The position numbers and the translations under genes were made by a program. A stretch of DNA of 64,000 nucleotides from a virus (Duplodnaviria > Caudoviricetes). Shown piece by piece: positions 50,701 to 60,177 of the stretch. Position 1 is the first letter of the stretch. Each line of letters starts with the position of its first letter. The stretch spans positions 169,104 through 233,103 of IMG/VR virus record IMGVR_UViG_3300021426_000063; one strand, written 5' to 3'. Below the pieces are notes generated by a model that saw only the letters and a list, made by a program, of their open reading frames with translations, did no database searches and was not told where the DNA came from.

Positions 50701-51509
50701 TTCGTGATATAGTAAATAGATTACCTAAAAACTGGATTAAACCTGATACAGCAAGTATAAGAAATCTTTCAAGTAAAAAGACATTGCTTAGACTTAATAG
50801 TTTGAATGATGGTATTTTAAATAAAGAGGCAAGGTTGACTGCACTTCAAAAAAGAATATCACAACTTGAAACTCCTGATTCATCATCAGTGTATACAATA
50901 ATACCTAAATTACAAACCGCATATGGTTTCACAGATTTAGGAAAAATTTTAGGAGATAATAATGGTCTTTCATTTGATACTGATATAAATGGAAAAACAT
51001 TTATAACAACTCATAAGATTGGATATGAAGAAAAGGATAAGAGAGCTGTTGGTCCAGATACTTGTGATTCTTATTTGTTCTTGAGCCCAGTAAATCATAG
51101 TGAGATTCAGGTTGATGGAGATACATTGAATTCAAGTAAATCATTGAAGAGTGGTGAGGTTTTGAGAGTTCCTATAATTTATCAGTATAGAATGACAGAT
51201 GCTAATGGTTATATTTTTGGTTCAATTAGACCTGAAAATAGTACAACAACAAGAGTAAAGAATGAAAAGTATGCCAACATCATTGGTATTGACATCTGGA
51301 CAAACAGAAATGATTTGAAACCAAAGCAGTATGATATAGTTGTTTATTCAACATATAACAGTACAGTTGATACCAATACAAGTACAACCAAGACATCATC
51401 ACAACAGTCATTGGTTAATGTTGGAAATGAAATTGTAAATGAACTTGAAAAGTTGAGAAGAGACAGTAAATCTGTATCATCAAAGCCAAGAGTTTCTACA
51501 TTAAAATAA
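47772..51509 (+). CDS. Large virion structural protein (baseplate/tail-like, FN3-like segment, coiled coils)
   Basis: 1245-aa ORF with late promoter at 47730; FN3-like VEIQVKSVSEAGW...SDWSEP. Confidence 0.55.
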   Translation: MTKIKNSLSTYLEQAIVMTGNSLETMDKISDAVSSSEDSVKLILTDPNDPKKSVEYIIPSFGYLKSEIDRLSASINTMTNITDGAGSRIRLSDGSYRKIIASKVPSEAPTITQVDNITNFNFKSNWFFEDMLNPSLYITWDLSSQINPETERVMIQRYILKCDTQVKIDAFNKDIKGRNDIDYKEFLTFLLNNRIKYTLDDEIKDLPPRARRYYGTFSVIRIETEKDLKGMTVKRYILDSLEFTDSRSGFENTRVLSVGDFVEVNSNPTTTRYEVIYVEASENKVGLKCIEGCEGVRIGADTLKISASQDTLVSADIPIGFDEREVIFVKSIDPDSNIPSTVWSPGVGFYSNELTYVDESGATQTLQKFYQRNVVDFGQVLLSYANDYYPSIREGIIPNVPVLNYAGGEGDFKIVQINTQLTETTDAETFRSLVSDKIKIQSELDNVANEIEKQKEAIQTTQYKSTTDKLKAQATLKSLIDSQSVLTSDYNSKVNSIKARVESGNLVTPKYRVRGFWDIPDSKISPSSGEQKIIKFKIRYRYLSEYGNANKEEEFTYTSGNATVTGRFSNWNEIETKLRKRVKTDSGWDWAKINNADPDEVDINQLDIPINPGEQVEIQVKSVSEAGWPSNPLESDWSEPIVVAFSDFAELQADDISEVIEQNRIDAAVANVTKMFSGTAAHASSSFYTNDKYFAHSAENITSGFLSPEQTPITLFDKLQELQNQIDMIIEQINNTVGDLTVTLQDASDESKIYTLNEGGTTYINAGDYLTAIGGELIKPDDEQHRNSNSGSIVSKIYYLNITTDSKSGLFLLSKLTGNRLSMCPNTTERTSSVVGGNDYYNYDNVTTHSSTSGSYYYEQGRYDLVPINLTNPEYIDFQVGSPTMYQSAQCRGQFVYSRFRNIGDTFDMYANTSKHYANLDSDSELEEDPDNRTPWFNPDAQFREAEVVYKTDQSVNYVEEYNTMTGSEVTTTDDSVRDIVNRLPKNWIKPDTASIRNLSSKKTLLRLNSLNDGILNKEARLTALQKRISQLETPDSSSVYTIIPKLQTAYGFTDLGKILGDNNGLSFDTDINGKTFITTHKIGYEEKDKRAVGPDTCDSYLFLSPVNHSEIQVDGDTLNSSKSLKSGEVLRVPIIYQYRMTDANGYIFGSIRPENSTTTRVKNEKYANIIGIDIWTNRNDLKPKQYDIVVYSTYNSTVDTNTSTTKTSSQQSLVNVGNEIVNELEKLRRDSKSVSSKPRVSTLK

Positions 51510-51513
51510 TTTA

Positions 51514-51549
51514 AAATGGAAGAATTATAAAAAGATTCTTCCATTTTTT
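51514..51549 (+). terminator. Intrinsic terminator
   Basis: AATGGAAGAAT-loop-ATTCTTCCATT followed by a T-run. Confidence 0.7.
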
Positions 51550-51590
51550 GTTTTCCATAAATAATATAAGAAACAATCACAATAAAAGAT

Positions 51591-53231
51591 ATGCAGAAAA
51601 ATTATAACTACAACTATGTAAACAGAGTTGCTAAGGCAAAGGATGCCATTGAATATTTGAATGTTGAACTTGCTTCTTGTATAAAGAAGGTTCTTGATTC
51701 AGAAAAGGTGACTGATGGTAAGTTATGGCATGCAACTGATGAGAATAAGTTCTATTTCGATTGGAATGGAAAGAGAACTGAATTAAATTTGACAGGTAGT
51801 TCTTCAGATTTGACAGCAGAGATTGAGAAGATCAAGGCTGATGTTGCCAAGATTGACCCTTCAAACATTGACAGGATTGAAGATAGGGTTGATTCTGCTG
51901 TTGCACAGGTAAATACTATGCAGAGTGAAGTTAACTCTGCTATTGCTAATGCAGAGGCAGCAACACAGGCAGCTAATGATGCAGCACAGGTTGCACAGGA
52001 AGCAGCAAGTCAGGTTGCTGATAAGGCAAGTACATCATATGTTGATGATGCTGTTTCACATGCATTTGACAATCTTACTGATGCACAGAAAGCAGAACTC
52101 AAAGGTGATGCTGGTAAGGATGGTAAAGATGGTACTGATGGTAAGGATGGTGAGAAGGGTGACAAGGGTGATCCTTTCACATATGAAGACTTCACACCTG
52201 AACAACTGGCTGCCCTTAAAGGTGCTGATGGTAAAGATGGTAAAGATGGTGTAGATGGTCAGAATGGTGCTGATGGTAAAGATGGTGTAGATGGTGAAAA
52301 GGGTGACAAGGGTGATCCTTTCACATATGAAGACTTCACACCAGAACAGCTTGCTGCACTTAAGGGTGCTGATGGTAAAGATGGTAAAGATGGTGTAGAT
52401 GGTAAAGATGGTGCTGATGGTCAGAATGGTGTCAATGGTTTGTCAGCATATGAAGTTGCTGTTGATAATGGATACACTGGTACAGAAGAAGAATGGCTTG
52501 CATCTCTTAAGGGTGAGAAGGGTGAACCTGGAGAAGGTGGTCTCACAGAAGAGGATAGGGAGAAGATTGATTCTATTCCTAATGATATTGCATCAAAAAG
52601 TGATATTCCTACCAATGTAAGTGATTTTACCAATGATGCTGGTTACCTTACAGAACATCAGGATTTGAGTGGTTATGCAAAGGTAGAAGATGTTATTGCT
52701 GGTTCATTCCCTGAAGATGTTGATGGCTCAGAGGCTGGTGTTGATGGATTTGCAACAGTACAGGATGTGATGAATTATGTAAATGCATTAATTGAAAAAA
52801 AAAAGGATGAGTTAGCTCCTGTTGATACAAAACATTATGCATACATAACAGGTTATGCCCTTGATGGTAAACCAACAAATATCACAATGTTCAATCAATT
52901 TGAATTGAATGATACTGGTGATACAGTTATAGAAATACTTACTGATCCTGAAATTCTCACATATGAAGGTTATGATGATGCATCATCTATTAAATTGACA
53001 GTTGACATTCCTGTTGGCTATATAATCTCAGCTGCATATATTTGGAATGAACAACTTGGAACAGATGGTGACTATGAGTTGATGGATCAGGGTAGAGAAT
53101 TTGGAGTTAATGCAAGATATTCATCAAGAATCATTAATGGTGTAACATATAATAGTTATGCAAGAGGTCCAGTGAATGATACTGGTGCAAGATCGAATGA
53201 GAAATATAAAATAATAATTACAAAACAATAA
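51591..53231 (+). CDS. Collagen-like fibre protein
   Basis: Coiled coil followed by Gly-X-Y repeats (GKDGKDG, GEKGDKG), FTYEDFTPEQLAALKG twice, SAYEVAV..GYTGTEEEWLASLKG. Confidence 0.8.
   Translation: MQKNYNYNYVNRVAKAKDAIEYLNVELASCIKKVLDSEKVTDGKLWHATDENKFYFDWNGKRTELNLTGSSSDLTAEIEKIKADVAKIDPSNIDRIEDRVDSAVAQVNTMQSEVNSAIANAEAATQAANDAAQVAQEAASQVADKASTSYVDDAVSHAFDNLTDAQKAELKGDAGKDGKDGTDGKDGEKGDKGDPFTYEDFTPEQLAALKGADGKDGKDGVDGQNGADGKDGVDGEKGDKGDPFTYEDFTPEQLAALKGADGKDGKDGVDGKDGADGQNGVNGLSAYEVAVDNGYTGTEEEWLASLKGEKGEPGEGGLTEEDREKIDSIPNDIASKSDIPTNVSDFTNDAGYLTEHQDLSGYAKVEDVIAGSFPEDVDGSEAGVDGFATVQDVMNYVNALIEKKKDELAPVDTKHYAYITGYALDGKPTNITMFNQFELNDTGDTVIEILTDPEILTYEGYDDASSIKLTVDIPVGYIISAAYIWNEQLGTDGDYELMDQGREFGVNARYSSRIINGVTYNSYARGPVNDTGARSNEKYKIIITKQ
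52146..52403 (+). repeat. Duplicated collagen block (144-nt period) with GATGGTAAA 9-mers
   Basis: DGEKGDKGDPFTYEDFTPEQLAALKGADGKDGKDGVDG at 52146 and 52290. Confidence 0.85.
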
Positions 53232-53232
53232 T

Positions 53233-54630
53233 ATGGCTAAAACTTATACAGGTGATAAAACAGGTTCATCATTTATAATCAATGTTAATAAACCTGTTGA
53301 TGTTAGGACTGTTGTAGATTCTGTTGCAGATTTGACTAATGGTTCAATACCTTATCCATATGCAGGCTTAGTTGTTAATATCAAAGGTACTGGTGATTTA
53401 TATGTATTGACAACTGGAGGTAGAGGTGCAAGTAATATTAATAATTGGAAGAAAGTTGGTGAAGGTGGTGAGATTGATCCTGAAGATTATCTCTCATACT
53501 ACCAAGAGAAACTTGGCGCAGTCATTCTTGATTCAGTAAGTGGTCTATCATCAATTGAATCTCCATTCATTGGACAGTTTGCATATGTGAAGGATGATTC
53601 TGAAACATCAGAAGATGAATCAGGATTGTACCTCTATGATGGTGGTCTATGGTTAAGGATACTTACTGGTTCAGGAGAGGTTTCTAGTGATTATGTAAAG
53701 AGAGAGGAACTTGAAGATTATTTAAAAAAGGAAGTCCTTGATGACCTTGCAAAGAAATCAGACCTTGATGGTTATGTGAGGGTAGAAGAAGCATTTGAAT
53801 TCTTGACAGAAAGTGACCTTGACATTTATGTAAAAAAGGAAGATTTACCAAAAAATGTAAGTGAGTTTAATAATGATGCTGGTTATCTTACTGAACATCA
53901 GGATTTGAGTAATTATGCAGAAAAGGATTATGTTGATGTTGTGATTGGTAGTCTTGATATTCCTGAACAGTCAGAAGTATTGACAACTGATGGTACAATA
54001 CCTACATCTGGTAGTGGTATTTCTATTTCAACTGATGGAGATGGTTCATTTGTTGAAGAGATTTATGCTGATGATTATCTCCATGCCGGTGTATATTATA
54101 CAAGTAAGGGTATCAACAGTTCAAAGGATAATGGTGGAAGTGAACTTGAAGGTATAGGTTATATTACATTATCTAATGGTGATTCTTGGATAAAGTTTGA
54201 CAATAAAAGTACAATAACAATCTATGTTCGTGATGATTCACTTGGATTTAATGCAGAAAATATTGTGGGCATCATTGATAGTAATGGTAATGAGATTAAA
54301 AATCCTTATGCAGGTTATCCATATACAGAATCACCTATTAGTGTATCTCTAGAAGGTAAGACCTATATCAAGTTTAATAAAGATATTTATTTCACAGGAC
54401 TGACAGAAACAAGGGATGGAGATTCTACTGAATATATCTTTGGTCAGACAGGTAGTAACTATGAAGATTTGGATTTTTACACAACTAATATATTACCTAC
54501 TGTTTATGCTTATTCAGATAACACACCTGTTAGGGTTTTGACAGAGGGTGATAAGGAAGAACTTCTCAACAAGATTGATGAAGCAGAACCTGAAACAATA
54601 TCCAATGAAGATATTATGGATTTATTTTAA
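53233..54630 (+). CDS. Fibre-associated protein (465 aa)
   Basis: N-terminal PVDVRTVVDSVADLTNGSI module shared with 24085; NVSEFNNDAGYLTEHQDLS shared with 51591. Confidence 0.65.
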   Translation: MAKTYTGDKTGSSFIINVNKPVDVRTVVDSVADLTNGSIPYPYAGLVVNIKGTGDLYVLTTGGRGASNINNWKKVGEGGEIDPEDYLSYYQEKLGAVILDSVSGLSSIESPFIGQFAYVKDDSETSEDESGLYLYDGGLWLRILTGSGEVSSDYVKREELEDYLKKEVLDDLAKKSDLDGYVRVEEAFEFLTESDLDIYVKKEDLPKNVSEFNNDAGYLTEHQDLSNYAEKDYVDVVIGSLDIPEQSEVLTTDGTIPTSGSGISISTDGDGSFVEEIYADDYLHAGVYYTSKGINSSKDNGGSELEGIGYITLSNGDSWIKFDNKSTITIYVRDDSLGFNAENIVGIIDSNGNEIKNPYAGYPYTESPISVSLEGKTYIKFNKDIYFTGLTETRDGDSTEYIFGQTGSNYEDLDFYTTNILPTVYAYSDNTPVRVLTEGDKEELLNKIDEAEPETISNEDIMDLF

Positions 54631-54658
54631 GAAACAATAAAAAATTGAATATATAGAA

Positions 54659-55033
54659 ATGGCAACAAAAGGAAAATATTTGGATTATGAGGGTCTTAAA
54701 ACATACCATAATACATTAGTTGGAAAGTTAAAAGACCTTGAATATGGACCATCAACAATGTTTGAATCAAAATCTGCTCTCTTGACATTAAATAACTGGA
54801 AACATGATGAGTATCTTAAAGTTTATGGATTGAGAATAGGTTTGATTGTTACTGTTGATGATGAACTTTGGCAACTTGTTAACCCAGCAAAGTTCAATGA
54901 GAAACTCATTGAAATGGGTAAGACTCCTCAACAGAAGAGTGAACAGTACTCAGTGGAGGACATTGGTTGGAAGGTTTTGGGTGATGGTATTGATTATGTT
55001 ATCGTTGGTCACACATTACAGTTAATAAAGTAA
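54659..55033 (+). CDS. Small fibre-associated hypothetical protein
   Basis: KYLDYEGLKTY N-terminal motif; last gene before a terminator. Confidence 0.6.
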   Translation: MATKGKYLDYEGLKTYHNTLVGKLKDLEYGPSTMFESKSALLTLNNWKHDEYLKVYGLRIGLIVTVDDELWQLVNPAKFNEKLIEMGKTPQQKSEQYSVEDIGWKVLGDGIDYVIVGHTLQLIK

Positions 55034-55050
55034 GAATTGATGAAATAGAA

Positions 55051-55085
55051 AAAGATGGATAGGAAAACACCTATCCATCTTTTTT
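55051..55085 (+). terminator. Intrinsic terminator abutting tandem middle-variant and late promoters
   Basis: AAAGATGGATAGG-aaaaca-CCTATCCATCTTTTTT. Confidence 0.8.
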
Positions 55086-55135
55086 GTTATTTTTATCATA
55101 AATAAATTGTAGGTTAAATACTTATAATATTGTAA

Positions 55136-55858
55136 ATGATTGTAGTCACATTAACATCTTGGACAAAGAGAATAAATCATGTCAAGAAGGTTGTTGAAAG
55201 TATAATGAACAACACTATTCAACCAGACAGGGTATATCTCAATTTGAGTCAGACAGAGTTTGAAGGAATTGAATTACCCAAGGATTTGGTTGATTATTTT
55301 AACTCTGATCCAAGACTTATCATCAACTGGGTTTCTGGTCCCAATACAAAATCCATGAAGAAAGTGTTTCCCATCCTGGAATATCTCCAGGATGATGACA
55401 TCATTATTGATGCTGATGATGACATTCTTTTCCCAAATGATTTGATTGTAAGTCGATTGAATGACTTTAATAGAAATGGTAGGAAGTTTAGTATATCTTC
55501 CAATCAACACACAAGTGTTGGTTTTGGTGGCCAGATGGTAGTTGTATCAGCAATCTCTTTATTCCAGAAGAAGATGTTCAAAAACTGGGAGAAATACCTT
55601 ACACAGAAGATACTTGATACAAACAATGATGATAGGACATATCTTCATCTCATGTGGTTGAATGGATATAAAAACAAGGGATGTACAAAGTGGTCTATAC
55701 ATGAATTGTTAGAAAAATATGATATGGATATAGGAAACAAACTTAAAACAGTTGCTACATTCATTGGTGGTAAATTGTATGATAATGTTGTTAAAAATGA
55801 GGTTTATAAAGAAAAAGACATAATTAAATCATTTGGGTTGTGGAGAACAAAAGAGTAG
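55136..55858 (+). CDS. GT-A fold glycosyltransferase-like protein
   Basis: VVTLTSWTKRI, QPDRVYLNL, KKVFP, IIIDADDDILFP, NNDD. Confidence 0.7.
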   Translation: MIVVTLTSWTKRINHVKKVVESIMNNTIQPDRVYLNLSQTEFEGIELPKDLVDYFNSDPRLIINWVSGPNTKSMKKVFPILEYLQDDDIIIDADDDILFPNDLIVSRLNDFNRNGRKFSISSNQHTSVGFGGQMVVVSAISLFQKKMFKNWEKYLTQKILDTNNDDRTYLHLMWLNGYKNKGCTKWSIHELLEKYDMDIGNKLKTVATFIGGKLYDNVVKNEVYKEKDIIKSFGLWRTKE

Positions 55859-57699
55859 CAATAGTTGCGATCGCAAGATTGGAGAATGACTATATCAATG
55901 AATGGATTGGACATCATCTTGGTATAGGTGTTAACCATATCTATGTGTATGACAATTCCTCATCAGAGGAGGAGAAGTTGAGATACAGGATATATGATGA
56001 GTATTCTGATAGAGTTAGTGTAATACCTGCATATGATAAACAACAATATCAGATGCCGGCATACAAGGAAGCATATAAAAACTATGGAGACTTGTATGAT
56101 TATATGATTTACATTGACATTGATGAGTTCATTATGTTACAGCAGGACAAGACCATCAATGATTTTGTTCAGAGACTCCCGGATGATTGTGAGTGTTACA
56201 GGATGAACTGGGAGATTTATGGTGATAGTGGTATTGTCAACAGAGATACTTCTTCAAGTGTTGTGAATGATTTCAAAATACCTGCAAAGACAAAGAGGAA
56301 TTCTACAACCAAATCTATCATAAAGGGAAGACTCAATAATATTGATTTCATCTCTGTTCATTATGCTGTAAGGAATGTGAATGGTGAGTATTCAAACCTG
56401 AAGACCTATTATGGTAATATGATAGATATCACATCTGAACTTCCTATTAAATCAAAATCATTGAACATCCACAAGATTGATTATACATATATCAAGTTGA
56501 ACCATTATATCACCAAGAGTATTTGTGAGTTCATCTGTCAGAAGATGAGAAGACCAGATGCCGCCTGGAATTATGAAAGGAACATTGATAAAGATTTCTT
56601 CCATTATAATGACTACACACAGGAAAAGATAAATGTGTATAAGAAATCAAGTAATGTAATGAAGTATTACTATTGGTCACCAAAGAGTAATATGTATCAT
56701 AATGCCGGTGATTACTTCAATAAGATTCTCATTAACAAGTTGTATCATTGTGTGTGTGAACCAGTGAATATACAAACCAATATTGACATTGCTTTTTGTG
56801 GATCCATCCTTACCAATAAGAATATAAAGTTTGCAAGGAGTATTGTTGGTTGTGGATTCCAGAATGATTATGCGCCAACAAATAAAGATGTCACAGCTTA
56901 TTATGCTGTCAGGGGAAGATACACAAAGAGTAGACTTAAAGTACATGGTGTCAATATTGGTAATGATGTGAAGTTTGTTGATCCAGGCTTGATGGTGTCA
57001 AAGATATATGACTTTGGTAATGTAAAGAAGAAGTATAAGATTGGTATCATACCTCATTATGTTGATGAGGATAAGATAATAAACAAGTATGGTGATGAGT
57101 ATAAGATAATCTCAATGAAGACTACAGATGTACAGAAGGTATGTAGAGAGATTAGTGAGTGTGAAATGATATTATCATCCAGTCTTCATGGTATCATCTT
57201 CTCACATTCAATGGGTGTTCCTGCATATCATATTGAGTTGAGTAAGTTACAACAGGGTGATAACTTTAAATTCAAGGATTACTATTCTTGTTATGATCCA
57301 AGTATTCATTATGAGACATTCAAGTGTTATGATTATAACATACCATTTGAAATTATCATTAAATATGATGCTGATAATAGATACAACTGTAATCCAACAA
57401 CTGAACAGATATTAAACAAGCAGGAAGAGTTTTTGTCTGTATTACCATATAAAGAGTATCTCAATAAGAAGTACATCAGTGATAATAACAATGTACCAAT
57501 TAAACAATTGTTATCAACACTTCCGGAACCAGAGATTGAGGACATTAAAAAGAAAACACAAGAGGATATTAATAAACAAGTAACACAAGAGGTTGTAGAA
57601 AAGAAATCCAGTATTTCTAGATTGAGAGAAGATATTTCATCTGGAAAAGTGATAAGAGTTCCAACCAATGGTGGATTTATCTGGAAGAGAGTAAAATAA
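55840..57699 (+). CDS. GT2/GT92-like glycosyltransferase fused to a polysaccharide pyruvyl-transferase-like domain
   Basis: AIARLENDYINEWIGHH, YDNSS, YIDIDEF, NHYITKS; then NAGDY, GSIL, AVRG, DPGL, GIIPHY, SSSLHGII; GTG start. Confidence 0.75.
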   Translation: MENKRVAIVAIARLENDYINEWIGHHLGIGVNHIYVYDNSSSEEEKLRYRIYDEYSDRVSVIPAYDKQQYQMPAYKEAYKNYGDLYDYMIYIDIDEFIMLQQDKTINDFVQRLPDDCECYRMNWEIYGDSGIVNRDTSSSVVNDFKIPAKTKRNSTTKSIIKGRLNNIDFISVHYAVRNVNGEYSNLKTYYGNMIDITSELPIKSKSLNIHKIDYTYIKLNHYITKSICEFICQKMRRPDAAWNYERNIDKDFFHYNDYTQEKINVYKKSSNVMKYYYWSPKSNMYHNAGDYFNKILINKLYHCVCEPVNIQTNIDIAFCGSILTNKNIKFARSIVGCGFQNDYAPTNKDVTAYYAVRGRYTKSRLKVHGVNIGNDVKFVDPGLMVSKIYDFGNVKKKYKIGIIPHYVDEDKIINKYGDEYKIISMKTTDVQKVCREISECEMILSSSLHGIIFSHSMGVPAYHIELSKLQQGDNFKFKDYYSCYDPSIHYETFKCYDYNIPFEIIIKYDADNRYNCNPTTEQILNKQEEFLSVLPYKEYLNKKYISDNNNVPIKQLLSTLPEPEIEDIKKKTQEDINKQVTQEVVEKKSSISRLREDISSGKVIRVPTNGGFIWKRVK

Positions 57700-57745
57700 G
57701 AATTTTTTGTTATATTTAATAGTAGATAATGTAAATTTATATTGT

Positions 57746-58051
57746 ATGTTTGGATTAAAACTTGTTAAGAGTCAGGATTATACTGATTTGAATTGGAGAC
57801 TTGAACAAGCATTGAAACTCATTGATGAGAAGGATGCAAAGATAGCAAAGCAATCTGGATATATCAGTGAACTTGAAGACAAGATCAAGGATCTTGAAAA
57901 TGAGAGAACTGCTGTAAAGAAAGACTCCAAGAAAGTAGTACTTCTTACTGATGTGGCAGAAGAACCTCTCAAAGAGGATAAACCAAAGAAGGTCATAAAG
58001 AAGAAAGAGAGTACAACTACGAGAAAGAGAATTCGTAAGAATGAGGAGTAA
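57746..58051 (+). CDS. Hypothetical coiled-coil protein with a basic tail
   Basis: ATG 57746 downstream of the promoter at 57706. Confidence 0.6.
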   Translation: MFGLKLVKSQDYTDLNWRLEQALKLIDEKDAKIAKQSGYISELEDKIKDLENERTAVKKDSKKVVLLTDVAEEPLKEDKPKKVIKKKESTTTRKRIRKNEE

Positions 58052-58117
58052 AAAGAGAGTCATCACATTTGTGGTGACTTTTTGTTATATTTAATATATA
58101 TTAAACAGTTTATAGAT

Positions 58118-58783
58118 ATGAAAAAGTTTGTAGGTTTAGTAAATGGTAAGTCTTTCGATAATGAGGAAGACTTCAACAAGGCTGCACAAGAAGCCATTGA
58201 TTCTAATGAGGGTAATCTTGCCATCTCATCTTATTATTCTTATACAAATGATGAAGATGGTGATAAAGGTGAACAGAAGGTTGATGACAGGTATGTATCA
58301 ACCAATGAGTATTTTCTTGGTGACAGGAAACCAGACAAGGTAGAAAAACTTGATTCTTCAATGGTTGGTTTATCTGGTTATTCAAATGTTGAATACACTG
58401 TATCTCCTGAACTGGAAGAGAGATTGAAGGTTGCTTCAAATAAGAACAACATCAAGGAGAGTATCAATTACCATGTAACAAAACTTGTCAACAACATCAA
58501 GCGTTACAAGGAAGATTTGAGAGAAACTGAAAAGAGGATTGAAGACCTTCAGAAAAAGTTGTATGAGCAGCAGGCATTACTCTTGGACCAGGAAGGAAGA
58601 AGGAAGTATTACAACCATCTTCTTGATGTCCTTGAAATACCAGAAGATAAGGTTGAAGATAAGAAGACAAATGAAGATTATGTCAAGCCAGAAGTAAAGG
58701 ATAAGTTCAAGGAAATCCTTGCTGGCACTAGTTATAATGGAAGTCTTCTTGACATATTGAAACAATTGGGAATCTTGAAGTAA
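58118..58783 (+). CDS. Hypothetical coiled-coil protein
   Basis: ATG 58118 downstream of the promoter at 58081. Confidence 0.65.
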   Translation: MKKFVGLVNGKSFDNEEDFNKAAQEAIDSNEGNLAISSYYSYTNDEDGDKGEQKVDDRYVSTNEYFLGDRKPDKVEKLDSSMVGLSGYSNVEYTVSPELEERLKVASNKNNIKESINYHVTKLVNNIKRYKEDLRETEKRIEDLQKKLYEQQALLLDQEGRRKYYNHLLDVLEIPEDKVEDKKTNEDYVKPEVKDKFKEILAGTSYNGSLLDILKQLGILK

Positions 58784-58784
58784 T

Positions 58785-59318
58785 ATGGTTATAAAAGGTA
58801 TTGCAAAAGGTGACAAGGATCTGAGACATTTCACCTTTGATGACAGTGATTATGTTGTAAGAGGTGGTGTTTATTACTATAAGGTCAATTATGGTAAGAA
58901 TGCCCTTGAAGGTGAATATGGCGAGGATGAGATTGGATATGTAGAATGTACCAAGGTTATGCCTCTTGGTGGTAAGAAACCAAAACCTATTCCTGAATTA
59001 GAAGCAAAGAAAGCAGAACCTGCTGTTGGACAAGTATCACAACAGGAAGAAGTTCAGGAACCCAAGAAGAGGGGTAGGAAACCAAAGGTTGAAAAGATTG
59101 AACCTGGTACAGATGTAATTTCAGTTTCAACATCCGGTGAACCAGGAACATATGAATATCTTGTTAATGAAATCAAAGCAGATCACATTGAAGAGTTCCA
59201 GGATAAATTGAACAGAAAGGGAGATGAAGGATGGGAACTGTGTGGATTTGATACCAACAGACATTCATTGTTTGGAGACATTCATATTATAGCAGTATTC
59301 AAAAGAAAAAGAGGTTGA
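58785..59318 (+). CDS. Hypothetical protein with a C-terminal DUF4177-like domain
   Basis: YEYLV...LNRKGDEGWELCG...FKR; AT-hook-like KKRGRKPK. Confidence 0.55.
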   Translation: MVIKGIAKGDKDLRHFTFDDSDYVVRGGVYYYKVNYGKNALEGEYGEDEIGYVECTKVMPLGGKKPKPIPELEAKKAEPAVGQVSQQEEVQEPKKRGRKPKVEKIEPGTDVISVSTSGEPGTYEYLVNEIKADHIEEFQDKLNRKGDEGWELCGFDTNRHSLFGDIHIIAVFKRKRG

Positions 59319-59338
59319 TGATTCAACCTCTTTTTTTG

Positions 59339-59731
59339 TTATCTTATGACACCACCAAGTTTATCAGCCCAGGCCTCTGTATAGAATTTGTAATAACCAT
59401 TATGACTTATTGGTATTACATTACCATATAATCCAGTCCAGATGATTGAAGGAAGTTCTATTACAATGAGATAAAGAGGACCCAGGTACATTGACTGAAT
59501 CTGATGACCGTGCTCATGCATTGATGTTGCTCTGTCAAGGGTACTGACCATAATGGTACTACCAAGAGAGATACCTCCAGGGAAATTAATATTATACAGT
59601 ACAGGAACATCAGCAATAACCATCTTTTCATAGTGTGGATAGATGAGTCTTACAATAAGACCAATGATGTTCTGTGGTAGTTGCCAGATATACATAATGA
59701 TGCCCAGGAGGACTTTAAAGAATTGCTTCAT
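59339..59731 (-). CDS. Membrane protein with HEXXH motif (putative metallopeptidase-like)
   Basis: WQLPQNIIG, GISLG, HEHGH.IQS..LGPLYL, EAWAD; hydrophobic segments; late promoter at - 59752. Confidence 0.6.
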   Translation of the reverse strand: MKQFFKVLLGIIMYIWQLPQNIIGLIVRLIYPHYEKMVIADVPVLYNINFPGGISLGSTIMVSTLDRATSMHEHGHQIQSMYLGPLYLIVIELPSIIWTGLYGNVIPISHNGYYKFYTEAWADKLGGVIR

Positions 59732-59772
59732 ATAGTTATATGTGTTTTTATTATTTATGAGAAAAGCGGGGA

Positions 59773-60177
59773 TTATTCATCCTCGCTTTCTCCATAATCA
59801 CTATCATCAATATCTATTTGGAATACCTTATTTATACTTTGTTTTACTCCATTAACAATATCAGTTAGTTCTTTATGGTATTCCTCAATAGATGATGTAT
59901 CAAAGTCTTTTGGTATGTATTGCTTGTTTGCCTGTAACCAATCAACAAGACTGATGTCATTACCTTTCTTTGCTTCCATCCATTGTTTGAACACATCATC
60001 CGGGAAATCACTCTCAATGTCAAAGATGATGTCATTGATGTTTATCACATCACCATTCTCAAATACAATGTCAGTCATATAGTCATCCAGTGTAACAGGT
60101 GATGAATATTTGACTGTTATCTTTCCTGATAGTTTATGTTTCTTGAAGAATAGTTCAAGATAGTTAATATTAGTCAT
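59773..60177 (-). CDS. Hypothetical acidic protein (134 aa)
   Basis: ATG 4 nt after the promoter at 60182. Confidence 0.65.
   Translation of the reverse strand: MTNINYLELFFKKHKLSGKITVKYSSPVTLDDYMTDIVFENGDVININDIIFDIESDFPDDVFKQWMEAKKGNDISLVDWLQANKQYIPKDFDTSSIEEYHKELTDIVNGVKQSINKVFQIDIDDSDYGESEDE

Noticed and set aside
9181-52403. CRISPR-like arrays
   Set aside because: All repeats are in-frame coding repeats without unique spacers; no cas genes were seen.
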